From: Macrostomum lignano
Taxonomy: Eukaryota
NCBI GenBank assembly: GCA_002269645.1
Contig: NIVC01000507.1
Location: forward strand, 499,876 to 563,875
Length of the DNA stretch: 64,000 nucleotides
Direction of reading: 5' to 3'
Shown here: one piece after another, positions 50,401-63,554 of the stretch
Numbering within the stretch: position 1 is the stretch's first letter
How the letters are laid out: every line of letters begins with the position of its first letter
Notes under the pieces: generated by a model
Databases searched by the model: none
Seen by the model: the letters and a program-made list of their open reading frames with translations, nothing else
Told to the model about the DNA's origin: nothing
Made by a program: the position numbers and the translations under genes

Positions 50401-52545
50401 TTAAGGTGATTCAGGGACGATTATTAATGCTGATTCAGGGACGATTATTAATGTTGATTCAGGGACGATTCTTAAGGTGATTCAGGGACGATGCTTAAAG
50501 TGATTCAGGGACGATTCCTAATGTTGATTCGGGGACGATTATTAATGTTGATTCAGGGACGATTCTTAATGCTGATTCAGGGACGATTCTGAAGTTGATT
50601 CAGAGACGATGCTTAAGGTGATTCAGAGACGATGCTTAATGTTGATTCAGGGACAATTCTTAATGTTGATTCGGGGACGATTATTAATGTTGATTCAGGG
50701 ACGATTCTTAATTTTGATTCAGGGACGATTCTTAATATTGATTCGGGGACGATTCTTAATGTTGATTCAGGGACGATTCTTAATGCTGATTCAGGGACGA
50801 TGCTTAAGGTGATTCAGGGACGATGCTTAAGGTGATTCAGGGACGATGCTTAAAGTTGATTCAGGGACGATTCTTAATGTTGATTCAGGGACGATGCTTA
50901 ATGTTGATTCGGGGACGATTCTTAATGTTGATTCAGGGACGATTCTTAATGCTGATTCAGGGACGATTCTTAATGCTGATTCAGGGACGATGCTTAAGGT
51001 GATTCAGGGACGATTCTTAATGTTGATTCAGGGACGATTCTTAATGTTGATTCGGGGACGATTATTAATGTTGATTCAGGGACGATTTTTAATGCTGATT
51101 CAGGGACGATGCTTAAGGTGATTCAGGGACGATGCTTAAAGTTGATTCAGGGACGATTCTTAATGTTGATTCAGGGACGATTCTTAATGTTGATTCGGGA
51201 CGATTCTTAATGTTGATTCAGGGACGATTCTTAATGTTGATTCAGGGACGATTCTTAATGTTGATTCGGGGACGATTCTTAATGTTGATTCAGGGAGATT
51301 CTTAATGCTGATTCAGGGACGATGCTTAAGGTGATTCAGGGACGATGCTTAAGGTGATTCAGGGACGATTCTTAATGTTGATTCAGGGACGATTCTTAAG
51401 TTGATTCAGGGACGATGCTTAAGGTGATTCAGGGACGATGATTAAGGTGATTAAGGGACGATTCTTAATGTTGATTCAGGGACGATTCTTAATGTTGATT
51501 CGGGGACGATTCTTAATGTTGATTCGGGGACGATTCTTAATGTTGATTCAGGAACGATTCTTAATGTTGATTCGGGGGCGATTCTTAATGTTGATTCAGG
51601 GACGATTCTTAATGTTGATTCAGGAACGATTCTTAAGTTGATTCAGGGACGATTCTTAATGTTGATTCGGGGACGATTATTAATGTTGATTCAGGGACGA
51701 TTCTTAAGTTGATTCAGGGACGATTATTAATGTTGATTTAGGGACGATGCTTAAGGTGATTCAGGGACGATACTTAAGGTGATTCAGGGACGATGCTTAA
51801 GGTGATTCAGGGACGATGCTTAAGGTGATTCAGGGACGATGCTTAAGGTGATTCAGGGACGATACTTAAGGTGATTCAGGGACGATGCTTAAGGTGATTC
51901 AGGGACGATGCTTAAGGTGATTCAGGGACGATGCCTAAAGTTGATTCAGGGACGATGCTTAAGGTGATTCAGGGACGATGCTTAAGGCGATTCAGGGACG
52001 ATGCTTAAGGTGATTCAGGGACGATGCTTAGAGTGATTCAGGGACGATGCTTAAGTTGATTCAGGGACGATACTTAAGGTGATTCAGGGACGATGCTTAA
52101 GGTGATTCAGGGACGATGCTTAAGGTGATTCAGGGACGATGCTTAAAGTTGATTCAGGGACGATTCTTAAGTTGATTCAGGGACGATTCTTGAGTTGATT
52201 CAGGGACGATTCTTAAGTTGATTCAGGGACGATTCTTAAGTTGATTCAGGGACGATTCTTGAGTTGATTCAGGGACGATCCTTAAGTTGATTCAGGGACG
52301 ATGCTGAAGGTTGATTCAGGGACGATGCTTAAAGTTGATTCAGGGACAATTCTTAAGTTTATTCAGAGACTATTCAAGGTTGATTCAGGGACGATTCTTA
52401 AGGTTGATTCAGGGACGATTCTTAAGTTGATTCAGGGACGATGCTGAAGGTTGATTAAGGGATGATTCTTAAGGTTGATTCAGGGACGATGCTTGATGCT
52501 GATTCAGGGACGATTCTTAATACTGGTTCTAAGGACGATTTCTAA
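47486..52545. repeat. About 5-kb minisatellite array, 20-22-bp unit GATTCAGGGACGAT(T/G)CTTAA + (GTT/GGT/TGTT/TGCT/AGTT)
   Basis: About 235 units, with a higher-order duplication of about 1678-bp offset. Confidence 0.97.
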
Positions 52546-52899
52546 GTTTAAGTAATATTAGTTAGAAATCGTGTAGGTCAATTTCTAGAAGCAGCTATAG
52601 CAATGGGGGCCAATTGAAAAACATTCCCCTTTGCTATCAATGTTATTTCAGGCCGCGAAGACCAGTCATGGTTGAGATTTCTAAAATTTTTGTGCAGCAA
52701 ATTGGTTGAATCAAAAAAGTGCAGACTAATCAACACGCAGGCCTGATAAGACGCAGCCCTGACTTTATCCACATTCAGATACGAACTGTGTGCACTGGCT
52801 TTGGTTAGAGAGATAGCGCTAGGGCGAGATAATTGCAGCAATTTGGCATTTTGGCAAGATGCCAACTCTCATAGTACATACACAGCTAACAACCACACA

Positions 52900-55873
52900 T
52901 CACCATTCTATCTGACAACCGTATGGCACAGCTACGTGTAAAATGGGATTCAAAAAGCTTTCATTGAGGCTTGCCACCAGTTTAGAATCCGATGTACTCC
53001 TATAGCCTACTCTTGTAAAGCACTCCACCAGTGTCCCATTAGTATTGTTTGTTTGAGAGGCCCAAGCCAACATCCGGTTCACAATTGGCCTGGTTCTTTC
53101 CATGGTAAAATAAGAGACAGCCTGAGAGACGCATTTTTTTGCAAAACTGCAACAAAAAGTACTAACAAATAGGAATCCTACATAACTGCATAATTATGTA
53201 AACCAGTGCAATTTTCTGCCTAAAATCTCACTTACTAAACTATGTGTATGTACAGAGAAAGTTAACGATGGGAGTAACTATGTAACTAATTTTAAATAGC
53301 CAAAATTACTCGTCACCTGGTACGCAGTGTTGTCCACTATAACAAAAAAGTTAACATTTAACATTTTAAACAGTTGTAAGTTAATGAATTTACTAGGAAA
53401 AAATCGCAACAAATTTTATAGAAACATCTGAGGAACGTTTCAAAACAACTTCAAACTTCGGTTCAGGGACGATGCTGAAGGTTGATTCAGGGACGATTCT
53501 TGATGCTGATTCAGGGACGATTCTTAATGTTGATTCAGGGACGATTCTTAATGTTGATTCAGGGACGATTCTTAATGCTGATTCAGGGACGATTCTTAAT
53601 GATGATTCAGGGACGATTCTTAATGTTGATTCAGGGACGATTCTTAATGCTGATTCAGGGACGATTCTTTAGTTTATTCAGGGACGATTCTTTAGTTTAT
53701 TCAGGAACGATTCTTAATGCTGATTCAGGGACGATTCTTAATGCTGATTCAGGGACGATTCTTAATGCTGATTCAGGGACGATTCTTAATGCTGATTCAG
53801 GGACGATTCTTAATGTTGATTCAGGGACGATTCTTAAGTTTATTCAGGGACGATGCTGAAGGTTGATTCAGGGACGATTCCTTATGCTGATTCAGGGACG
53901 ATTCTTGAGTTTATTCAGGGACGATGCTCAAGGTTGATTCAGGGACGATTCCTTATGCTGATTCAGGGACGATTCTTGAGTTTATTCAGGGACGATGCTG
54001 AAGGTTGATTCAGAGACGATGCTTAAAGTTGATTCAGGGACGATTCTTAAGTTTATTCAGGGACGATTATTAAGGTTGATTCAGGGACTATTCTTAAGGT
54101 TGATTCAGGGACGATTCTTAAGTTGATTCAGGGACGATGCTGAAGGTTGATTCAGGGATGATTCTTAAGGTTGATTCAGGGACGATTCTTTAGTTGATTC
54201 AGGGACGATGCTGAAGGTTGATTCAGGGACGATGCTAAAGAGCCGTTTGAAAACGACTTTGAAGGATGATTTAGAGCCTGTTTACAGGATAATTCAGGAT
54301 GGTTCAGTAAGATTCCGAAAGGTACTTTAGGGGAACATAACCTTTTAAGGGATTTTTTGAGGTGATTGTCAGAATACACTTCTCATTTGAATCAACTAGA
54401 TTGCAAATCAGAATAACATCTACGAACTTATATGAATTAAGCATGTACATCTTAAATTCAATACGGAAATATTAATCAAAGATTTCTTTTCTTACCTAGG
54501 AAAGTCTATTAGGCCAACTCCGCTGCCACTTCTACTATGCGAGCTGACATTCGAATAGGTTGACAGATTTCGACAATGCCTGGACGTCAACAAGTACTGA
54601 GCGTGCTGCTGCTGTGGTTGCTGCTGCACCTGTTGAGCTCCAGACGCCGTCAGCGTAACCATAGGAACAGCTGAAGCATTGTCAGTACCAAAAGCGTCGT
54701 CAATAACGACAGAATCGAAAGCGGTCGCCGAGTCGCTGCCGCCGCCGCAGCTGGAACCGCCAACGCTGTGCCGCAGGCGGGCTGGGTCTGATGAAGCCCG
54801 ATAGATTGGGTCGCCGCGTAGGCAGCGCATGCACAGGCTGAGCCGCAGAGTGGAATTGTCCAGACGTTCGTTCGGACTATACGGAGTCAGGATGAAAGCG
54901 CGCTCCTCAGGAGCTGAGCAGTGGCCGAACTGGGCCAAGTCCAGATTAACGAAGCCCAACTTGCTGTAGGATCGACCGCCGCGAATCTCTTTTCTTAGCG
55001 AGACGCGCAACTCGCAAGAATGAAGTACGCCAGTCTCCGCTGATGACGTCATCCGACAGGGAAACTCGTAGGTAGCGTCTGGGGCGCCGGATTCGGCCAG
55101 CCAAGTGACCTGAATTTGACGACAAGTCGGGGCGCAACGAAAGTCAATTGCCAGGTTTGAATAAATAAGTAGTGTTCGTAGATATGTATTCAGCTACTGC
55201 CTCTAAGTTAACGGTCGAGAAGTCAAATAGCTGTCTACTGGGGAGGAGGCATCAGAGTGTCTCCTGGATAGGGAATGTCAGAGGGTCTCCTGGATAGGTA
55301 ATGTCAGAGGGTCTCCTGGATAGGGAATGCCAAAGGGTCTCCTGGATAGGGAATGCCAAAGGGTCTCCTGGATAGGGAATGCCAAAGGGTCTCCTGGATA
55401 GGTAATGCCAAAGGGTCTCCTGGATAGGGAATGCCAAAGGGTCTCCTGGATAGGGAATGCCAAAGGGTCTCCTGGATAGGGAATGTCAGAGGGTCTCCTA
55501 GATAAGGAATGTCAGAGGGTCTCCTGGATAGGGAATGTCAGAGGGTCTCCTAATTAGAAGATGTCAGAGGGTTTTCTAGTGGGTCTTTTAGAGTTATCAA
55601 AGGCAAGATTCTGCATACCTTATTGTTTTGAATAACACATCGGCTAGAATATTGGCAAAATCGCCCACCAGAGAGCAATCGCATCTTAGCAAACAGTACC
55701 CCATTGCTAAGCGTGACACCTTCCAATTCTTTAAGTGTCAGTCGAACTAAAAACTTGTGCCGACGCTTTTTTCGATTTGGACTTGCATCTGAAGCTTCTA
55801 TGGCAGTGTGACCATCACAGTCCTGACCATTGGCTCCATGGCTACTGGTTGCTGGGCGCAGACAGGTGAACAT
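52900..55873 (-). CDS. EEIG1: EEIG1/FAM102-like NT-C2 domain protein; exons 55873-55619 and 55109-54496, tentative third exon 53146-~52900
   Basis: RHKFLVRLTLKELEGVTLSNGVLFAKMRLLSGG...VTW...LRVSLRKEIRGGRSYSKLGFVNLDLAQF...DNSTLRLSLCMRCLRGDPIYR matches the FAM102A/B N-terminal C2 domain. The first junction is in phase. Exon 3 is in phase but has no recognisable homology, so the 3' end is low-confidence. Confidence 0.85.
53461..54240. repeat. Second block of the GATTCAGGGACGAT minisatellite, in EEIG1 intron 2
   Basis: Same unit and orientation as 47486-52545. Confidence 0.95.
55252..55570. repeat. 26-bp tandem repeat (AGGGTCTCCTGGATAGGGAATG(CCAA/TCAG)) in EEIG1 intron 1
   Basis: About 12 copies. 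Confidence 0.95.
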
Positions 55874-58800
55874 ACTATAAAAAGGGAATGAAACACAATG
55901 TCAATAATACATAACTATTGTGGACAACATTAAAGCTTAAATAATTATAAACCTTATATTATGACATCAAGGAGAAAGCCAATCATTAACTTTCTATGAA
56001 ATATATCATCAAATATCTATAGAATCTATTTTAATCTATAAAACTTGCAATTAAGATTTAATAATCATATTAGTTTTTGCCAATCTTCCAATTTTCTATT
56101 CTATATTTATAGAGTAAATAGCATGAATATATGCATAAAATCTTTATTCTTTATATTATACTTTATTATACTTTATACTTTATTAAAAGTACAGTTTTTT
56201 AATTTCTATTTATTTATTCAAGGATAAATACATGAAAAAGATATGATGGCGACTAAAACGAAAGTAGATTGAATAGACAAAATAAAAAACTTCAACATCA
56301 TCCACATAACAAGCAATGCCAATGCCAATGCATGCACCTATTGACTATATTGCAAGTAGCGGTATCTATAATATACTTATTTTTTAAGGCTTACTATTAT
56401 TTAATATATACCAAACATTTTCACATGCTTTGCTCAATGTACTTTATTTCGTTAATCAAGCGTTTCAAAAATAAAAAACGAAGAGACACTTTTGACCCCA
56501 CTTTTCGTCAGTTTTCGACCACTTTAAGATGTTTTACTGCATGCCAGACTTTGAGTTCATTAGTGATAAATAAAGACATCTAAGAACAACATTTATTAGA
56601 AAATTATTCATTCCACCTACTAAAATTACTGAAGAACAAAGAAGCTGATCAGGACAAAAATACTAGGCACATTAATAGTAGAACCAGCTAAAATTTCTAA
56701 AAAAACGTTCTTAGATTCGAAGAATTTTAGATACTGTGGCAAAAGCAAAATTGTGCGTAAAAAATACCATGGTACAACAAAATTTTCAGTAATTATGCAT
56801 ATAAATTTGCTGAACTAAATTAAAGCAATTTTTATAAATTTGAAAAGCTGTATCAAGAATTATAACGATCAAAAAGGCATTGCTTAAAAAGCACTAAACA
56901 CACCCGTGTCATCACTCCACACTCCGTAATAAAGAAGGAAGCTATACATGCACATGCAATTGTGTTTACGGGGGAAACTACGTGTATTAGATATAGCGCC
57001 ACACGTAGTTTACGTGAGTATAGGCCTAAGCAGTGCATATGTTGGTATAAAACAAAAAGATTTTTAATAAACTTTGTATGCTTCTATTCTAAAACTAGCC
57101 TTCTGCCTCCTGTCCCTTGCAACTAGATATAATATAAATGTTTGAAGTCCAGTTAAAGAAGTAAAATGTTTTTTACTGACTAGGCTTGGCCTAGGCATAA
57201 AATAATAATTAGCAGTTCCAATTTGAACTGGTAACTAATTTTTTTGCAACTAAACTATAATTCATTCTTAAGCAGTTAGTATTTGCAGCTAAGATACTTT
57301 AACTTTGTTTGGCAAAAATCATAACCTATTTCATGCTATTTGTCTTGTTTTGATTTCTTAATCTTTTAACTTTTAAGCATGCAGGCTAGGCTAGGCCTAG
57401 TGAATAGTAGGTTATTATAGGGCTGCAGGGATTAGGGATACATAACAAAGGCTATTAGCAAGTTATAAGGGTATTTAAGGCATATTTGTAGAACTACTTT
57501 TAAAGCAGTCTCTCTACTCTCTTCAAAACTCTATGGTTGTAGTTGGGATTAAAACAGTAGGACCTTGCTATAGGCCTACTATTAGACCATAAACCAAGCT
57601 ACCAATTATCCATCTAGGGCAGGTGCCCCTAAGAGGGTGAGGTCTGATTTGCTTTTACCTTGGCTAGTATTAGTACCTCAAGCTAGGCCTATACTATAGT
57701 TCTATAATAAGCTATTATTCCCTAGGTTATAGGGTGTATTATAATCAAGTATGATTTTCCTAAGGTAATACTAGCATGTAAAAAAGCTTAGGCCTATCTA
57801 TTATACTTACCAGTGCTAGCCTATATTTCACACTCCAATTCAAAACTTATGTCAATTTCTTGTTAGCAAAATCTTTTATTCTATTATACTTTTATCATTG
57901 AAAGCCCTTTTAAACTTAGGTTAAAAGCTGTATAAACCAAAATTGTACCATCAAAAGTTAGATTTAGAAAAATTTTTATCCCAGAATTCTAGCCTAATTC
58001 GTTAGGATCCCAGGATTGGCAAAGTCTAGGATATCCTGATCCTAAGGAAGAATCCTAGGATGTTTAAAGTCTAGGATATCTCAATCCCAAAAAATCTTGG
58101 TATTGGCAAAACTCAGGGTTTTGTATTCCCTAGTTTTTAGACTGGTATAAGACAAAGATAGCCATTATAATATTATGTTTATTAGGGCCTATCTATTCTC
58201 TACAATTAATGAGCAACTAATAGCTATTGTTATATTATTTATTATTATATTTAATCTATCATCATAAATACTAATATAATAATAGATTTGAAACTATTAC
58301 TCATAATATAAAATAATAAAAACTTTAATCTTTTTCAGTGTTTATACTAATTTATTCTCTATTATTCAGCTATCATTTTGTAACTTGTGAATCTAGGAAC
58401 TTAGAGTTGCGAGAGCAGCTTTGCAAAATACCATGCATTAATGTACTTCAACCATCAGCTCTAGGTTCACTGTTTCATAAAAGTCAATAAGCAAATAGTG
58501 CTTCATGAACTTGTCATTTTTCGATCATGTTTGGCATCGTTATTGATGTCAGAAATCACAATCGCTAGCTTCTCCTTTTGAGCAATTTATTAGCAATATA
58601 AAGGCCCCGTCTTCAGGAGGCATATAGTAATATGATATAACCCCCTCAAAATATTTAAGAACAGGACAGTAATGCATGAGTAATAGAGTATAAAAAAGAC
58701 TATAATAATTTTACTGAGCCATTACTTAAATGCTTTTCCATATCAGTCACTGGCCTAGACATAGTGAAATTGGTGCTTCATCCAAATAGTTTTTGCCACA

Positions 58801-59829
58801 GACACAAAATCAAATTTCAAGCTAGGACTTTCAAAAAGTTTCAACTCAATCTTTAATTCGCATAGTTTGTATATTTTTTGAGATATTAATAATGATATTG
58901 AAGTAAGGGATAGGCAGATGCTTCTGCAGAAATTTCCTAATTCAGTTCAAAAGTATACAAATAGGAATTCATGCTGCTGAATTAGCTCCTCAATAGTCTG
59001 TGGACATCTGTGATAGGTCAGCAACTTGTCACTTAATCACCCTACCTGTATTATAAGCATGGAGTCAGAGGCTAAGCAAAATAAAGGGTAGATTGTGACT
59101 TTTTTCACTGATACTCATCATTTCATAAGAATGAAATGTAATAAAGCTTGACTCAAATCACTGTGAATCATCCGGGCCAGTTTCTTTTCTGTCAGCAATG
59201 GAGCTGCAGCTGCGGCAAGCAGGCAGGTATCAAAAGTCTGCCACTATGTGTCTGGGCTATAGGAAATACTGACAGAGTCTAACTGTGAAAAGAAAGTGGT
59301 TAGATTTGTCAGATATTAGTTTGTGAAATATATTCCTTTGTTTGTACATTTTAAAAATTAAAAGACAACATAAAGTGGTCAAACAAAAACTGATTTAGTC
59401 AAAACTACCCCTCTAAACAAACTCATAATACAATAAACTTATATGTGCGCATTTCTTCTCAGATGTATTATGTCCTTGCTGATCTTGACCTCAGCTCTAT
59501 AACTTGGCTATGAATCTGCTGCTGTTGTTGTTGTTGTTGTTGATGCCAACTACTAGGCCTCCACAGCTAGGATCTTTTTATGGGTACCACATGGCAGGAG
59601 GCTTTTCTACCATTCCCAATACTTTAAGGCTTCCTCTGGTTGCTCACAGACTGCTTGCAGACCATTATAGCACCACAACCTCTTGTCATCCATTTCCAGG
59701 CAGTCCCAGATGTGCTGCATTGTCTCCTCCATATTGCAGTACTGGCACTAGTCCTTTAGTAGTCCAATCTCTTCTTGTAGGCTGCTAGCTCTGTCAAGTG
59801 TCCCATGCACATTCTTCTGAAGCTCACCT

Positions 59830-60268
59830 CTTTTTCTTTGTAGCTAAACCATGAATTTCTCTTAACTCTGCATGTGCTCTTATATACCCTCTTCATTCTT
59901 TCATGCCTCCACTCACTTCTCTGCTTTCCGCAGTGCCTGGCTTAGCTTTTTTTGCAACCGTGCTTGCTAACACTTTTGCATTGTTATGCCACATCTCTCT
60001 GACCACTTTGCCCGCCACCTTGTCCACTTCTTCATTTCCGCCGATTCCACAATGGCTAGGGATCCAAAGCAGGGTCACCCGCTTCTCTTCCTATTCCAGC
60101 TTGCTGAGCTCTTCTCTGATCCGATTAGCCAACGGGTTTTTTCCTCTCTTGCTAACCACTTGGAGGCCACTCTTACTATCCATGCACACAACTGCTCTCC
60201 TCCAGCTAGTCTGCGTGGTTGTGCTGCTGCTGCTATTGTGGTTGTGGCTGTTGTTGCTGTTGTTGGCC

Positions 60269-60300
<32 letters not shown>

Positions 60301-61340
60301 AAGGCTTGAACATCCACTGCTACTGTTCAGTTATTTTCCACTGTGTGCGGTACCAAACCTGAGTACCTGAGAGCTACCTCCCAGTGTTCATTGAGGTGGT
60401 GCAGCTTGGTGAGCCCATCAATCCTTCTCCTGAGTTCCGTGGTTGGGCAGTGGCAAGTAACATGCTCCATTGTTTCGTCTTCTATCCCGCATACTAGGCA
60501 GGTTGCATCAGTGCAACGTCTGATCCTGTGACAGTAGGCCCTCAGCTCCAGTGAGTGGCTAGTACAAAAATGCGTGAAGCTGGTCTCTTCTACCCTATCC
60601 TTATAGTCTGGGTGTCTTGCAGTGCCGTGGCTGCCGTACGTGTCCACCATCTTGCTATGGGTCCAGTGTTTGCTGTTGCTGCTCTTGGCCTTAGTGTCTG
60701 CTGCCAGCCGTCTGCAGACTATGCTGGCCTGCCAGTATACCCGCCTCTTCCTAGGGCAGCACTGTTGCTTCCCCAGCTACTCTGTCTGCAGCCTCGTTGC
60801 CTTCCAGCCTGCAGTGGGCTGGAGTCTAGCAGAGCACAATCTTCCATCCAGCAAGGCTGATTTTGTCGAGCAGTTTGCAGATCTTAATTGCAATCGGGTT
60901 GCAGCCCTGGCCCTAGACTTTCAGAAGGCCACTTTTGCTGTCTGAGGCTGCTCCTATTTTGTGGTTTTCATGTTGGCAAATCAGCCGCAGCACACTGAGC
61001 GGATGCAACTGATGACGGCTGCATAATGTAAAGTTCATTTCTCTAAGCATTTGTTGAATCCCTTCAATGCTCTGCATTTGGCAATCAGATTGTTCATGAT
61101 GCAGGTGTCATTTTTGTTAGACATTTGAGGTGATAATTTATTGGACACTCTAGCACTCGATCAAGATAGGTTGTATTCACAATCTCCCTGACGCATGGGT
61201 CGCTCATTGCTGCTGCTGGCGTCTGACATGCTGCTTGTGATTGCTGAGAGCCAGGCTTGATAATTCTGACAACTGTTGCAGATTCAGACGATTTAGCATG
61301 TCTAGCCATGATTTTCACCAGCTGTTGATTGGGCACTCGA
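59830..61340 (-). pseudogene. Decayed and rearranged RNase H-type LINE remnant
   Basis: TLLWIPSHCGIGGNEEVDKVA (RNase H end) at 60078-59893 and SHSLELRAYCHRI...CLVCGIEDETMEHVTCHCP (C-terminal Zn knuckle) at 60650-60327. The upstream 61094-61336 segment may be a PHD-like ORF1 remnant. Boundaries are approximate. Confidence 0.65.
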
Positions 61341-62673
61341 TTGCTGCAGTCGCTTCACTGCTTTCTTGCCAGCACTCAAAGACCTTGTTGCTGCTGCTTT
61401 GATCTAGTAGTTATAGAAACCTCTAGAAAAACTGAATGTTTTGGTTTTCTAAATTTTCAGATTAGCAAAATGCAATTTAGGTAATCGGCAGTTAAAAACA
61501 AAAAAAGTTCACATATTTACTGATCCCTACATTGCACTGCAAACAAGCTGATAGAAAAACAGACACACAAAGTACCTGTACTAACTGCTGGCTTCTGTCA
61601 TCCTCAATGTTAAGTTGATCACTGACAACAGGTGGCGCACCTTTCCATGATGCCATCAGTAAGGCCATTGATATCAAAGATTACAAGAAGCCACCAATAT
61701 ACTTTTTGTGCCTTGGTTGTTCGAATACGATCTTCTTTGGTGCTCATGATTATCTTATATCTAAAGCTGAGTGGGTGGACTGGCCAGGTTTGACACGATC
61801 TCCTCCTAGATGGGTGCCAACTCAAATACGGGACTTATATAATATCAATGCAGAATTTTCTTATGCAACAAATAGGCTATTTTAATGTTGAAAAGGAGAC
61901 AGATGAGAGTCTCAGTCTGGATGATGGCAGGCAGTAAATTTTTGCAAACAGGGAAAACAATCTGGTTTATGAAGGTTTATAAAGGATTTAGAGAGAATTT
62001 GGAAGATGGGATTTGGGTCATAGGATTCAGCTGATGGGAGTTCTATCCCCTTTCTCCTCTAGCGGAGGAGTTGGCCTCGTGTAGTATAAATCGAATTACT
62101 GTAATTAAACTAACTAATAATAGTGTAACTGCTTCTGCTTGCTAAAAATATACTGAAATATAGAAATACACAATACTAAGCTCTAAGTCTTACACTATTT
62201 CTTATATGACTGGGGCAGCAAGGAATTCTCCACTCAAACCTTCCTACCATTGGTTCTGGGGGGGGGGGTTAGCCTCAGCCAATGAGAGAAAAAATTCCGC
62301 AGAATTCCACAGGGGGTCCATGGATTTTGAGCCTTTGTCCTTGGGCCAAACTCTAACTGCATCAGCCAAGTCAGCTGCTAGTTGGTTGTGTATGTTTGCA
62401 TGGTCAATTTAATAGATTTATGACTCATTTTTCATAATAATTTCCTAGACTAGGTTAAAACAACCATATTGAAGAGCTTTTTAAAAAGTCAAATTTTATA
62501 ATTAGTAATGATAAATTATTTATTCATGTTTTTTACTTATAATTTAAGCTTTTGAGTTTAGTAAATAAACTATAATAAAAGTGTAAAGTAGACAGTGCAT
62601 TGCAAACAAAGCATGAAATAGTCTATTTTTAACAATTTCTTTATGCATATAAATTAGCAATCACACAGGTACT

Positions 62674-63420
62674 ATGGCTTCTATGCATTGTGACAGTGCC
62701 TCAGAATCTGATGCCTCATCTATTGATGGAAGCAGCTCAGCATCAGCTGGTCTCAGTTTTGAATCGTTGAAGTGTCGAATGGACTCTCTTTTGCAGGTAT
62801 TGTCTAATATACTAATCTTTTTTCAATTGAATAGTGAGTTCTTGTTTTTGTGCAGTTTAATGATTGTGAAATTTTGACTCTGTGAAGTGTTATGATTGTG
62901 AATTATTGTCTTTGTGCATTTTAAGTTTTATTGAATCCTGAAGTTTTGAGTTTGTGAATTTCAAGTCCTTATTTATTAATTGAAAATAACTTTAGGAGAA
63001 GCGAGTTCTTCGCATGGAAGCGGAGACTCTGAAGCTGAGCATCAAGTCGCTTCAGCAGGAGAATCAAAGTCTGCGCCGGACCAGCGTTAACATACAGGCT
63101 CAGGCAGAGCAAGAAGAGGAGTACATCACCAATACAATGCTAAAGAAGATACAGAGTCTGCAGCAGGAGAAAGAGCGATTAGCGCAAAGCTACGAACAAG
63201 AAGAGGAGCATCTTACAAACGATTTAACTAAACGCTTGCGCACTCTACAGCAGGAGAAAGTTGACCTAGAGGCGCAGCTAGAACGCGAACAGGAGGCTCA
63301 AGTTAATAAATTATTGAAACGTATCGACCGCCTTGAAAACGAGGTCACCGCCAAGCAATCGCTTTGGACCAGTTGCGCCAGGAGAAGGTGGCTTTGGAGA
63401 ATTCTCTCGAACAGGAGCAG
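62674..63420 (+). CDS. CCDC6: Coiled-coil domain-containing protein 6, 5' part; exons 62674-62796 and 62996-63420, with an apparent 1-nt deletion near 63360
   Basis: DSASESD...; [14 protein letters not shown]...[48 protein letters not shown]...[16 protein letters not shown]; the shifted frame continues [19 protein letters not shown] up to a GTAAAT donor at 63421. Confidence 0.92.
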
Positions 63421-63554
63421 GTAAATAAAGTTTCTTTTGCTTTCATAAAATACCTAATCTTAAATGCAGGATTTTTAATTAGGTAGAGTTGAACAATTGT
63501 TAATTTGTGACGATCAAGATTCAATAAGCAATAATATTTCACTGTTAAAATTTC

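Noticed and set aside
47486-54240. CRISPR-like array (constant repeat plus variable part)
   Set aside because: The variable part is only 3-4 nt drawn from a handful of variants, there are no unique 25-45-nt spacers and no cas genes, and the context is eukaryotic. It is a minisatellite.
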